Positions 53,695 through 64,000 of a DNA stretch of 64,000 bases are shown piece by piece. Source of the stretch: an uncultured Planctomycetota bacterium (GTDB lineage: Bacteria; Planctomycetota; Planctomycetia; Isosphaerales; Isosphaeraceae); contig CAWJTV010000025.1 of the NCBI GenBank assembly GCA_963845755.1, positions 160,001 to 224,000 on the forward strand. The letters are read 5' to 3'. How positions within the stretch are numbered: the stretch's first letter is position 1; every line of letters starts with the position of its first letter. The translations under genes were made by a program, and so were the position numbers. The notes beneath the pieces are model-generated. The model saw nothing but the letters and a program-made list of their open reading frames with translations. It was not told the origin of the DNA and did no database searches.

Positions 53695-54301
53695 ATGGGC
53701 AACGAGATCATCATCGTGTCCGGGCTGCCACGCTCCGGCACTTCGCTCATGATGCAGATGCTGGACAACGGCGGCGTTGAGGTCGTCACCGATCACATCC
53801 GGACCCCCGATACGGACAACCCCCGGGGTTACTACGAGTTCGAACAGGTCAAGAAGATCAAGGAAGACGCCTCGTGGCTGCCGGGGACACGCGGGAAGGC
53901 CTTCAAGATGGTCTCCCAGCTCCTCTATGAACTTCCCGCCAACCAGACCTATCGCGTTATCTTCATGGAGCGAGATTTCGATGAAATGCTCCTCTCGCAG
54001 GAGAAGATGCTCGCGCGGCTGGGAAAGGCCGCGGCCCCCCGCCGACATCAAGCGGGCCTTCACCACTCACCTCAACAAGCTGCGCGGCTGGCTCTCGGGG
54101 CAGAAGAACATCGAGGTCCTGTATGTCAGTTACAACGATCTGGTCGAACGACCGGAAGAGCAGGCGGGGCGCATCGGCGCGTTCCTCGGCAGCCAGGCCG
54201 ACGTCGAGAGCATGGCCAGGACGGTGGATCGGTCGCTGTACCGGAATCGAAAGACTCCGACCGAGTCTTCCGGCGGCTCGGTCGCGGATGAACTCGCTTG
54301 A
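53695..54301 (+). CDS. PAPS-dependent sulfotransferase family protein (frameshift near 54038)
   Basis: 5'-PSB-like IVSGLPRSGTSLMMQML; DNPRGYYEFE; VIFMER..SQ; continues VSYNDLV..VDRSLYRNR. Confidence 0.85.
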
Positions 54302-54329
54302 TCTGGGGGTACCCACAGCGTGGGGGACA

Positions 54330-55244
54330 TCAGGTCGACGGCTCGCTGGTGCGGGGCACCCGCTTGCGCCGGAACCAGGCGCCGGCGGTCAAGGCGCCCA
54401 GCGAACCGATCCCGAGCAAGACGATCCCGGACGGCTCGGGGACGCCCGACATGGTCAGGCTGTCGCCCGGGTACAGAGGATTCTGATCCGTTATCGCCAG
54501 GCTGCCGATCGACGTGCCGTCGTCCGAGAGCAGGATGCGAGCAAAGGTGCCCTGTCCGACAGCCAGGGTGCCGAGATTGAAGCCTATCGCCATGGCCACG
54601 TTCGTCCCCGGCACCGGCGTGGGCGCGCCATTGGTGTCGTCCAACGTCCCGAACAGCAGGTTCGTGAAGATATTGCTGCTGCTCGAGTCGCCGACCTGGT
54701 AGTTCTGGGGTCCGAGCCCGGGGCTGGTCGCGAGCGACCCGGCGACCGTGGCGTAATCCTCGGGGTTGGTCGTGCCGAAGAACGGGTTGACGTACGCCAT
54801 GAACTGGAACCCGGTGAGGGCCATCGGCCCGTTGTTGATGAACTGGTAAGTCAGCAGCAACTGGTCCGGCGTGGGTTGCGTGAAACTGAAGTTGTAAGCC
54901 AGGCCGGTGGGCGGGCCGTTGGTCAGTTGGGCGCTGGTGCCGAAGCCGCTGGTATTCCAAGAGGCCGGTGCATTCGTGGCATCGACGAATCCGTCCATCT
55001 GAGCGATCTGACCCTGGCCATCGCTACCGAAGCTGATCGACAGGTCCGGAGGGCTGTTGACGAACCCGAGGTCGCCATTGGGCCCGAAGCTCCCCGTAAT
55101 GACAATGCCGGCCCGGACCGGCGAGGCACCGGCCCAGCCCAGAACGGCCAACACAAGGCCCAGCCCCAGACTCCGTGTCGGGAAGCTCTTCCGCGATCGG
55201 AAAGGCATAATGCTCGCTCCTGGGAGGTTGGACTTCACGATCAC
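54330..55244 (-). CDS. PEP-CTERM sorting-domain surface protein
   Basis: Signal peptide ending ASPVRA; C-terminal VPEPSGIVLLGIGSLGALTAGAWFRRKR. Confidence 0.9.
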   Translation of the reverse strand: MIVKSNLPGASIMPFRSRKSFPTRSLGLGLVLAVLGWAGASPVRAGIVITGSFGPNGDLGFVNSPPDLSISFGSDGQGQIAQMDGFVDATNAPASWNTSGFGTSAQLTNGPPTGLAYNFSFTQPTPDQLLLTYQFINNGPMALTGFQFMAYVNPFFGTTNPEDYATVAGSLATSPGLGPQNYQVGDSSSSNIFTNLLFGTLDDTNGAPTPVPGTNVAMAIGFNLGTLAVGQGTFARILLSDDGTSIGSLAITDQNPLYPGDSLTMSGVPEPSGIVLLGIGSLGALTAGAWFRRKRVPRTSEPST

Positions 55245-55247
55245 TCA

Positions 55248-56796
55248 TCAGGGGTTGGCGATACAGCAGTTCAAGACCGCATTGTTGATGGCGTAAACGG
55301 CCCCATCCGGACCGATCAACGTGGGCGTGTAGGCCTCCCCAGTCGGGTTCGCAAGCTTGAGGCCGGCCGAGAGCGTGTTGGTTGTGAAGTTCCACCGATA
55401 TACGTGGCCGTCCTCGCTGTTCACTACGGCGCACTTGTTAATGGGGTCGATCGCCGTCGAATTGATGCACCATTCGTCAACCCCCGCCAGATTCGGATTC
55501 TTCGTCGGGCCCAGGATGGAGATGACGACGTTCATGACCTTGGTTCCCGTGATCGGGTCGTTCCCGGCGACGTTGGGATCCTGGATCGCGACCATGTTCT
55601 CGCCGTTACCCCCGCCATTCGCATAATTGTTGTACTTGGTCAAGATCAGGTAACTCGACGAGCCGGTGTACGAGGGGACGGCAGTGGCGGGGACGATCGA
55701 GGGCGTGATGTCCCATCCGAAAGCCCCGGGAATCTTGGTCGTCGCGAGCGTGGAGTTGAAATGCAACAGCCAGCCGCGGTAATGGTTGCTACCCAGCGAG
55801 TTCTCGAGGACCCCGTAATAGACGTCGCCGTCAGGCCCGATTGTCGGCGAGGAGGTACCATCGTCGTCGATCAGGGCAGCCCCGCCGTTGTGGGGATCGA
55901 GGAGAAAGACACTGTTCTTGCGGGTCATGGTGGCGGTCGCGGCGCTGCAAAGGTAGGCACCATAGCTAGAGTAAGCGGCGTTCACCCCGATGTAGACTGT
56001 CGTCCCGTCGGCGCTGATGGCCGGAGGGCAATTGTAGGCGATCTTGTTGTAGGACGTGTTGTTAGACAGCGCCGCAGCCGAGATGAAGCTGCCGGCCCCG
56101 CTGGCCGAGATCCGCGCCAGGCCGCTGGGGATGCCATCAGGGTAGCCCGGCAAAGCATCCCCGCTCGAAAGGTAGCCGAAGTAGAGATTCCCGGCTGCGT
56201 CGCTGGTGATCGACGTACAAATCTGGATGGCACTGTTGAACGCGTCGGGATCGGAGTTGTAGTTGGCGATACCGAAAAAGGCCCCGCGCAGTCGCGGTTC
56301 CGCTGGCGGAATCGGGGAACGTGCGAACGATGACCGTTCCCCCCGCCGCGGGGAAGACCACGGACTTGTCCAGTGGCCTCAGCGTCGGCCCCCAGGCAGG
56401 AATCCAGTTGTAGGTGGGCAACGCGTAATCCGTGTTCATCATCCAGATCAACGCGCCGGTGCTCGCCTTGTGGGCTTCGATCCGGAATCCACTCGTGGCG
56501 CCCGTCTTGACCGGGACCAGGACGGTGTTCGAACGCGTGATCATCGGCGAGCCATAATGCGTCAGCAACTCGTTCCCCGAGTATTGCGGATCCAGGTCCA
56601 CCGGGGTCAACCAGCGAATCATCTGGGGAATCTGGGAGCCATTGCTGTAGAGGCTCGTATGCTGGGCATTCAGTGCATGACCCGGCCAGGACTGGGCCCT
56701 GACCGCAGGCGATCCACCCGCAAACACGCCGAGAACGACGAGCCAGAACGCCGCGCGATGGCCAGGAGCCGCCCAAGTCCGGTCACAAAATCGCAT
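55248..56796 (-). CDS. Secreted beta-propeller-like hypothetical protein (frameshift near 56285)
   Basis: Signal peptide..VRAQSWPGHALNAQHT; HYGSP; SSPTIGPDGDVYYG; FGWDITPSIV; EWCINS; EAYTPTLIGPDGAVYAINN. Confidence 0.75.
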
Positions 56797-57502
56797 GGCC
56801 TGCATTCCCTTCGAAGAGGACAAACGGGGAGAAACCGCATGGATCACAGGAATTCCTCACTACCGGCCGGGCCAGGGACATCCCGGTCGGCCCGAAAGCC
56901 AGAGGAATCGGATCACGCAAGAAAGAAAGCGGTCGAGCCCTCGAGAGATTCAATGAATTGAACGATCCTTCGTACCGACCTTGGACGAAAGCTTATAGAG
57001 CTTCCCGCGGCTTTGCAATGGTTCCCGGGGAATTTGCCAACGCCCTTGCAGACCACGTATCGAGGATATGTTGTTTATGTTGAGTTGTGGATGCTGCATC
57101 GTTGCAGTGGGCAACAAGGGCGACCGGCCCGATGCCTTGCCGGGGGTGCTGGCCGTGGCCGTACCTCGGTACAGTCAGCGGCCGCAGGCGACGCTTTCCA
57201 GTCCACCCGGGCAGCCATCGCAGGTCATCATGACCCAGGCTTCTCTTTGTAGGCGACTTCGCTCGTGGCACTCGCGATCCATTCGATCGCCGTACCATAC
57301 CCGGAGCCGTTCGGGTTGGCTAGCTACGTTCATTTTTATCAACGCGTCGGGGTGGGGTTACTCCGCAAGGACTGACCTCTTGCGGCTTCGGCCGCGAGGA
57401 TTCCTGCGAATTCAATGGTTGGTTACGGTACTGTGTGCTCCCGGACCACCGACTGGCATGCACCGGTGTAAGCCGATGGACGACGGTACACATCATGCCG
57501 AG

Positions 57503-59511
57503 TCACGGAAGCCGGATCGTTGCCTGGTGAGGGTTACCCTCGACATTCCCGGCCGCGTCATGGGCGATGGCGGTGAAACTCAAAGGACTCGCGGACGATT
57601 CCTCGACCACGGCCTCCCATCCCAGGAAGTTCGGGGCCAAGGGACGTGCCTCACGGCCGTTGACCCGAACGGACTGGACCGCGCCATCGTCAGCCGTTAC
57701 CCCGCGAAGCACCACACGCCCATCTTTGACCGGTCCGATGTAGGTGATCACCGTGACCGGCGGACGATCATCCACCGGTTCGAACGGCGCGGGTAAGTTC
57801 TCGAGTCGGGTCGCTTTCCCGTCTCTTGAGCCGACGGCAATTTGGTCCGGTAGAAGACCAGCCCCCGATAGGCCTGTCGCTCGTAATGAGCCCGCCAGAG
57901 TCCGTAGGTACACTCGGCCACGTCCAGCCCATCGACCAGCACTCCGGGGCCGGCCGGACTCAAGGCCCAGTGCGATTCCCACACCTGAAGCTTTCGGATC
58001 GAGAAGGGATGCCGCACGTCCGGGCCCACTTCCCCCACGCCTCCGGTGGACTTGAACTCCCCCACGCCACCCCCCAGGTTAACACCGTAACGGCGCTGGG
58101 CGTGGGCCTCGTTCCCCTCGAATCGGAGAAACGGCAGCGTGCGAATGTCAACCTTGCGACGATGGCCATCGGGACCGCGCACCGGCAACACCAACTCGAC
58201 CCCAGGCGCTCGGGCGCGTCGAATCGAAACCCATACTCATCACATTCCACCGCGACATTACCAATAAAAGCGTTATAGCTGTTGGCCCACCAGAACCCCG
58301 CTCCGTTGTTCCGGTCCAGGGGGAAGACCTGACCAGAGAGTGGCTTCCCGCCCAACGCTTGCACTGCCAGATTGCCGACCAAGATGTTCTCGACCTCGGT
58401 CCCGTCCTCAAGGAAGAAGCCGTGGCCCGTACTCCGGTATCCCACACAGTCACGAACGACCAGGGTATTGGTCCCGTGGATCGTCATCCAACGATTGGCG
58501 CTGTCCCAGATCGAGGCACCGATCACGGATGTCCCACGCATCGTGTCTCCAACCCGGTGGAAATGAAGGCTGTACTTACCGAGTTTGCCCGGCTTTCCGA
58601 GATGACGAAACTCCGCGTAGGAGATCGAGCCGGCCGAGTGGCGATGGTACATGGTGTGGCCACGAATGCCGGCCGGGTCGGCCGACTCGATGATCGCGTT
58701 CCGGCTGAGGTTGGCCACTTCACCCCGACGGTTCTTGAAACAGGAATGGGCAAAATCCAGTGGAGTGTCGAGGGTAAGCTCCGTCCCCTGGATTGCCCGG
58801 ATGGTGCGTTCCTCGGTCTGGGGTTGCTCGCGGATGCTTGGGACCTCGATATCGTCGCGCAGCGCGCTGCCGTGCGGTCGCGGTGATGATGACCCGATCT
58901 CCAACCCGCCAGCCCGTGACGGTTTCGGACAGGGTTACGTGGACCGATCGCTTCTCCGCGGGGGCACCCAGCTTGACCCAGGTGCGACCCATCGGGCTAC
59001 CATGAACGTCCCAGCGGCCGCCGCAACACACGATCGCCGGGCATTCCTCCGGATCGAGTCCCGACACGGCTGTCAGTCGGATCAGGGCTATGCGGCCGGC
59101 AGCGATCGGCTGATCCGGCATGCCGATTTCCAGGGCGGCGCGCGCATGCGTCCGGTCGGGCGCCGCCACGTGATTCTCACAATCGAAGCCCGACTCGCTG
59201 GCGTCATCGCCGGCTTGAATCTTGATCAGTCCGACGTCGAGGCGGGTGTCGCGATCCGGGTCGAACCGCAGGGTCCCGGCAACATGAATCGATCGGATCG
59301 CGCCGTCGGTCTTGACGTCGAACGTCACCTGATGCCCCGTGCGGACCTGAACCCGCGCCCCGCGGCCAGGAACCTTACCCCCCTCCCAGGTCGCCGCCTC
59401 GGACCATCGACCGTTAGCGACCGAACGGATCAGTGGAACCGGCGATCCATCGGGCGTCTCGCGGCCTCCCGGTACCACGCCCAGGAATGCCATGATCAAC
59501 AGAGAAGACAT
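57503..59511 (-). CDS. G8-domain protein with right-handed beta-helix and C-terminal Ig-like domain; about 4 frameshifts
   Basis: SVANGRWSEAATW..VPG..V.VRTGHQVTFD, IHVAGTLRF, TWVKL, GEVANLSRN, GHTMYH, LGKYSLHFH, GHGFFLEDGTE, DAAGNVE. Confidence 0.8.
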
Positions 59512-59583
59512 CGACCTCGTCTCCCTCGTCCAGGGCGCCCTCTTGATCGGAAAACCGTTTCACGAATCAAAGACCACAGAAAG

Positions 59584-59934
59584 CTATTGGTTACCGAAAA
59601 GGAAGCCATGGAAATCGGCTGGGATATGGATCGGGATCGTCCGCTGGCCCGCGGTCCGGGCTCGTGTCTGGACCATCACGGGCAGCAGGAACCCCATCAC
59701 GATCAAAATGATCGCCAGCACCGTGACGATGTCCGTCAGCTTGTAGCCCCTCCTCGCGAGGAACCGCGGGCCGAGGGCCAAGACCGCCGAGAACAGCAGA
59801 ATCCAGCGCGTCGTCAGCGAGAGCCGGAACAGCCCCAGGCCCAGCGCGGTCAGGGCGATCACGATCATGAAGCGGCCGAGCGTCCACTGGACAGGGCGAG
59901 GCGGCCATGGAGTGCGACGAGCGAACATAGCCAT
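59584..59934 (-). CDS. Small membrane protein with an internal pilin-like helix
   Basis: QWTLGRFMIVIALTALGLG; RRGYKLTDIVTVLAIILIVMGFLLP. Confidence 0.6.
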   Translation of the reverse strand: MAMFARRTPWPPRPVQWTLGRFMIVIALTALGLGLFRLSLTTRWILLFSAVLALGPRFLARRGYKLTDIVTVLAIILIVMGFLLPVMVQTRARTAGQRTIPIHIPADFHGFLFGNQ

Positions 59935-59961
59935 CCGTCTCTCCCATTTGCGTCCGGGCAG

Positions 59962-60928
59962 CTATGGCCCGTTATCCTTGTAGAAGTCCTCGGCCGAAGT
60001 CTCGTCGGATCCGGGTGCCGAAGGAGCCGACGGCGCTGCAAACCGCCGTGCGGCGTCGCCGAGGACGGCGGAAACGAGCACAGTTACGAGGAGCACGCGC
60101 GTCAGGCCGCGCACCCAGGCTGGCATCCGGCGCAGGCGAGACAGCTCGGGGACCCAGGCGAGCAGGGGAGCGACGAAGAGGAGGACGGCATGTTCTGTGC
60201 GAAGCTCGCCGAAGAATCGGCCGATGATGAGCAGGCTGGCCAATCCGACGATCGCCACGCCAATCGCAGCCGTCAACCGCGACCGTGCGGGGCTAGTCGG
60301 TATCATCGCCACGGCCAAGGCGCCCAGGATCGCGGCCGAAAGCGGCAGGCCGGCCTGGCCGCCCGTGGCGTAGCCCGACAACATGATCGTAATCGCCGAG
60401 CCACCGATGACGATCGCCAGGCCGATGGTCAGCGAGACCCCGGGCGACCGACGAGCCAGCAGGACCAGGAGGGCCCAGGACACCGCCTGCCCCAATGCCA
60501 GCGCCCCCAGGACCATCCACGCCAGGGCTGGTGGCCAGGTCTGTGCCCCCGCGTCGGCCGGGCTCGTCAGGTAGATCGATCCGTGCAACAGCACCCGGGC
60601 CAGACACGCGGCGATCGCTACGCGCAAGACCCAGGTCAGCCATCGCGGAACCCTGGGAAACGCCGACAGCAACTCGATCCCGATCGTGGCCGGGATCACG
60701 ATACTCAGCAGCCGGTCCAGGTCCTCAGCCGGCGGCCAGTGAGGGCGAATACCCAGCACCCAGCAACCCAGATAGAACCCGACACCGAGGCCCACGGCCC
60801 ACCCCGCATCGATCCAGACGGCATCGGTTGCGCCGCCGACGCCCCCACCCGACATAGATCCCCAGCATCACAGCCGCGGCTGCAAATGCCAGTCCCGTCG
60901 CCTGCGCCATCAGGATCGGGTCGGGCAT
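59962..60928 (-). CDS. Multi-pass membrane hypothetical protein (frameshift near 60850)
   Basis: MPDPILMAQATGLAF joined to ORF 59962-60855; HWPPAEDLDRLL; about 10 hydrophobic segments. Confidence 0.75.
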
Positions 60929-61000
60929 GGGAGATCCTCCGTCAGTTCGCGAGGTTTAATGATGATGGAAGGTCGCGAGGCCATCGGGTCACTCGAGCTT

Positions 61001-63727
61001 TCAGTGCGCCGATCCGGTGCCGGTCGCCGAAGCCTTCGGAGCCGCCTCCGCCGGCTGGGTCCCACCGCCGGACTTCAGCGATGCGATCCGGTTCCTCAAG
61101 TCCCTGGCCTTGCTCTCGAGCTCGACGGCCTGGGCTTCCAGGGCGGCGACGTCTCGGGCCGGCGCCGGTGCGACGGCACCGCCGCCTGTCCCAGCCACAG
61201 TGGCGCCCCCGGAGGATGCAGGATCACCGAGGGCATCGATAATCTCCTGGAGGCGCCGGTGCAGGAAACCGTTGAAGCCGCCGGTCTCACGCTCGAGACG
61301 GGCCTTCAATTTCGGGACGGCCCGCGCAATTTTCAGCTCGCGCACGGCTTCCCAGACCCAGTACCGCAGGGACGAATCCGGGTCATCCACGAGAGACACG
61401 ACGATGTCCTGGAGTGCCGGGTCGTCCTTGCCCAGGCGGGAAAGCGATCGGACGGCCGCGGACCGCAGCGCGGAGGGCTGTCCGTACCGGCTGTAGAGCG
61501 CCGCCAGTTCTCGGGCCTTCGACCCGGGCGTTTCGAGCAGGACTTCCAGCGCCGTGGCGGCAATCTGGTGGTGGTCGGCCGGGAGCTGGAGGGCGGCGTC
61601 GAGCAGCGCCGGTGCGTCCTCGACCTTCCACGAGACCAGGCCCCGCAGCGCCGCCCGGCGGGCCCCATAAGCTTCCTTCGCGTTGGACCAGGCCGCGCGG
61701 AGGATGGACTCGATCGTGTCATCACGCCCGAACTTGGCCAGTCCGCCGATGGCCACGACGCGGATCCGGGCTTCGGGATCCCGGGCCGCGTCGAGCAGGG
61801 CCGAGCGGAACGACTCCTGGCCGTTGCTCATGAGTTCGACCATCTCCCGGCGAGCGCCGACGGCCTTCTCCCGCTTCCATGCTTGAGAGAACGTCCGGGC
61901 GATTCTCGGCAGCTTCTCGGACTTGCCAGCCAGCGCCCGCGCGGCGTCGAGCCGCCCCAGGACGCACGTCGCATTCTCGAGCAAATACTGATTCTCCTCA
62001 TCCGACCTCTCGAAGTCGACGACCTTGGGCAGCCAACCTTCCGGGTCAACCTGCACCATCTTCGGCCGGGTCGCGCACGGGATCACGAACTCGTGCGAGG
62101 ACCCGTCGATCACGACGGGGATCCGGCGCGTCTGGCTCGCACTCTCGGTGATCGCCAGCGTCGTCGGCAGGCGGAACAATGGGGTCTGGTCATCGAGCTT
62201 CTGCGTCTGCTGGATGTTCACGCGGACGGTCTTGTCGGCATCCTCGTAATGCCAGCGGATCTTCAGCTCGGGATGGCCCGCCTTGAAGACCCACTGGTCG
62301 AAGAACCATTTCAGGTCCTTGCCGGAGGCGGCCTCCATCGCCTTGCGGAAGTCGTCGGTCTCGACGACCTGCAACTGGTGTGCGGACACGTAACCGCGGA
62401 TTCCTTTCCACCAGGCCTCGTCTCCCAGCAGGCCCCGGAGCGCATGCAGCACGCAAGCCCCCTTGGCGTAGGTCACCGAATCGAACATGGCGTCGGACGT
62501 CTCGTAACGGGTCTCGACGATCGGCCTGCGATAACCCCGGTCGCTTCTCAGGTAACCTCGGAGCACGCTGTCCATCTCGAGCCGGAACGCGTCCTCGCCG
62601 CGGTCGTGCTCGGTGAACAGCGGGTCGAAATACGAGGCGAAGCCCTCGTTGAGCCAGATGTGCGACCAGTCCTTGCAGGTGAGGAGGTCGCCGAACCATT
62701 GGTGCGCCAGCTCATGCGCCACCAGGCCGTCGGAATCCCCCTCCTGGGCGGCGATCTCGTCGCGGAGTGCGGCGTCGGTCATCGTCGTGGCCGAGATGTT
62801 CTCCATCCCGCCGCCGAACTCGGGCATGACCGATTGGGCATATTTGACGTACGGGTAAGTCCGGCCGGTCTTGTCGCCGAAGAAGGCGATCATCCGCGGC
62901 GTCTTCCCCATGAAGCGCCGGGCCGTCGCCTCGTCGACTCGCTTGGTCACATAATAATCCACCGGCAGATTGCCGACCTTATCGTGGTAGATGGAGAAAT
63001 CCGCCACGGCCAGCGAGATCAGGTAACTCACGTGGGGTACGTCCATCTTCCAGTGGTAGGTCGTGGCATGATCGTCCTTCGGCTTCGTCTCGACAAGCGT
63101 GCCGTTGGACAGGACGAACAGCGGTTTCTCGACCGTGACGATCATCTCGCTGGTCGCGCGGTCGTTGGGATAATCGTAGCAAGGGAGCCAGTGGTGCGTG
63201 TCCTCGGCCTCTCCCTGAGTCCAGATGGCCATCGGTTTCTCGGGATAGGCGGGGTCGGGCAGGACGAAATGGAGGCCATGCTCGGGGGCGCCGCCGTACC
63301 CGATCGCCAGGTCGAATGTGTCGCCGGGACCATACGCCTTGTCGAGCGTCACGGACAAGGTCTGGTCCTTGACGGTGAAAGTACAAGGGATCGCATTCGG
63401 TCCGACGGTGACTCTCGTAACCTTGAGCTTCGGTCCACAGTCGAGGTCGATCGCCTTGAGGTAGGGGTGCATCGGACTCAACGTATGGGTCACGGTCCCG
63501 TTCACCTCGCGCTTCTTGGCGTCGAGGGTCAACTCGGCCTTGATGTGCTTGACGTCAACATAACGGATCCGTTCGGGCTTCCGGGACGTCCCAGGCTTGG
63601 CGAACGGCCGCCGTGCGGCGGTTGCCGAGCCGCGACCGCGACCGCGACCCTGCGCCCACGCATCCGCGCCGAGCCAGCCGGATGCGAGGATCAGCCAAAC
63701 GGCGATGAGACGAAGCGGCTTCGACAT
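61001..63727 (-). CDS. M1 family aminopeptidase with signal peptide, HEAT repeats and C-terminal coiled coil
   Basis: GGMEN exopeptidase motif; HELAHQWFGD..WLNEGFA zinc motif; YAKGACVLHALR. Confidence 0.95.
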   Translation of the reverse strand: MSKPLRLIAVWLILASGWLGADAWAQGRGRGRGSATAARRPFAKPGTSRKPERIRYVDVKHIKAELTLDAKKREVNGTVTHTLSPMHPYLKAIDLDCGPKLKVTRVTVGPNAIPCTFTVKDQTLSVTLDKAYGPGDTFDLAIGYGGAPEHGLHFVLPDPAYPEKPMAIWTQGEAEDTHHWLPCYDYPNDRATSEMIVTVEKPLFVLSNGTLVETKPKDDHATTYHWKMDVPHVSYLISLAVADFSIYHDKVGNLPVDYYVTKRVDEATARRFMGKTPRMIAFFGDKTGRTYPYVKYAQSVMPEFGGGMENISATTMTDAALRDEIAAQEGDSDGLVAHELAHQWFGDLLTCKDWSHIWLNEGFASYFDPLFTEHDRGEDAFRLEMDSVLRGYLRSDRGYRRPIVETRYETSDAMFDSVTYAKGACVLHALRGLLGDEAWWKGIRGYVSAHQLQVVETDDFRKAMEAASGKDLKWFFDQWVFKAGHPELKIRWHYEDADKTVRVNIQQTQKLDDQTPLFRLPTTLAITESASQTRRIPVVIDGSSHEFVIPCATRPKMVQVDPEGWLPKVVDFERSDEENQYLLENATCVLGRLDAARALAGKSEKLPRIARTFSQAWKREKAVGARREMVELMSNGQESFRSALLDAARDPEARIRVVAIGGLAKFGRDDTIESILRAAWSNAKEAYGARRAALRGLVSWKVEDAPALLDAALQLPADHHQIAATALEVLLETPGSKARELAALYSRYGQPSALRSAAVRSLSRLGKDDPALQDIVVSLVDDPDSSLRYWVWEAVRELKIARAVPKLKARLERETGGFNGFLHRRLQEIIDALGDPASSGGATVAGTGGGAVAPAPARDVAALEAQAVELESKARDLRNRIASLKSGGGTQPAEAAPKASATGTGSAH

Positions 63728-64000
63728 GATACTTCCTGGTAGAATAGGGAGAGGATGACTCGGGGTGGAATGGTCGGTTTCAACGTGCACTTTCGGAATA
63801 CGAACCCGGTGCCGGCCCAGATCGCGCCAGGACCATTGATGCGCAACGTAACCTGTTCTACTCTCGAAGACTAGGCCCGGTCAATCGGCCGGCCTCTCAA
63901 AAAGGGCGACCGGCAGCCGCCACCGGCCGTGGCGAGGGACGAGCAGGAGCAAGCCCGGACCTCATCCAGGCCCAATGGATACCACATGAACTCATTCGGA

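Noticed and set aside
56995..57046. Minus-strand GGCAAA..GCAAAGCCGCGGG resembling a c-di-GMP-I riboswitch upstream of the beta-propeller gene
   Set aside because: It lacks the GNRA-capped P2 stem and GGGACGCAAAG context; not supportable without an Infernal search.
1..64000. tRNA, rRNA, integrase or intact transposase genes
   Set aside because: None was recognised by eye; a tRNAscan/Rfam run would be needed to exclude them formally.

Overview
This is a GC-rich 64 kb window, very probably from a planctomycete (Isosphaeraceae-like). Support for that assignment is a LEDRCLLS export motif, a DUF1559 prepilin-type protein, a PVC-type dehydrogenase beta-propeller, an ECF sigma/Ser-Thr kinase pair and a PEP-CTERM protein. 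Roughly half of the genes carry 1-2 nt frameshifts, most consistent with an unpolished long-read assembly, so many genes were re-joined by hand across ORFs. Main content, in order: (1) a CotH-kinase/dehydrogenase-propeller fusion with apparently degenerate kinase motifs; (2) a BrnT-like/XRE toxin-antitoxin pair; (3) an ECF sigma-kinase pair bracketed by two related MITE-like elements; (4) a low-GC orphan PIN-toxin/immunity module; (5) a 13 kb yeh-like locus with two tandem WGR-DUF4132 paralogs, a MoxR AAA+ ATPase, DUF5682, vWA and SWIM, showing divergent central regions, a nonsense codon in one WGR domain and an internal antisense promoter-like palindrome; (6) a DUF4062-NTPase-TPR (NLR-like) gene next to Uma2; (7) a putative sulfation operon (arylsulfotransferase, two AlkP-superfamily enzymes, a small protein, a DUF106-like membrane protein and a PAPS sulfotransferase). 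There are also many REP/MITE-type repeats, one of them nested three deep, and a candidate structured RNA. No rRNA, tRNA or CRISPR array was seen. All family names come from motif recognition by eye, not database searches.
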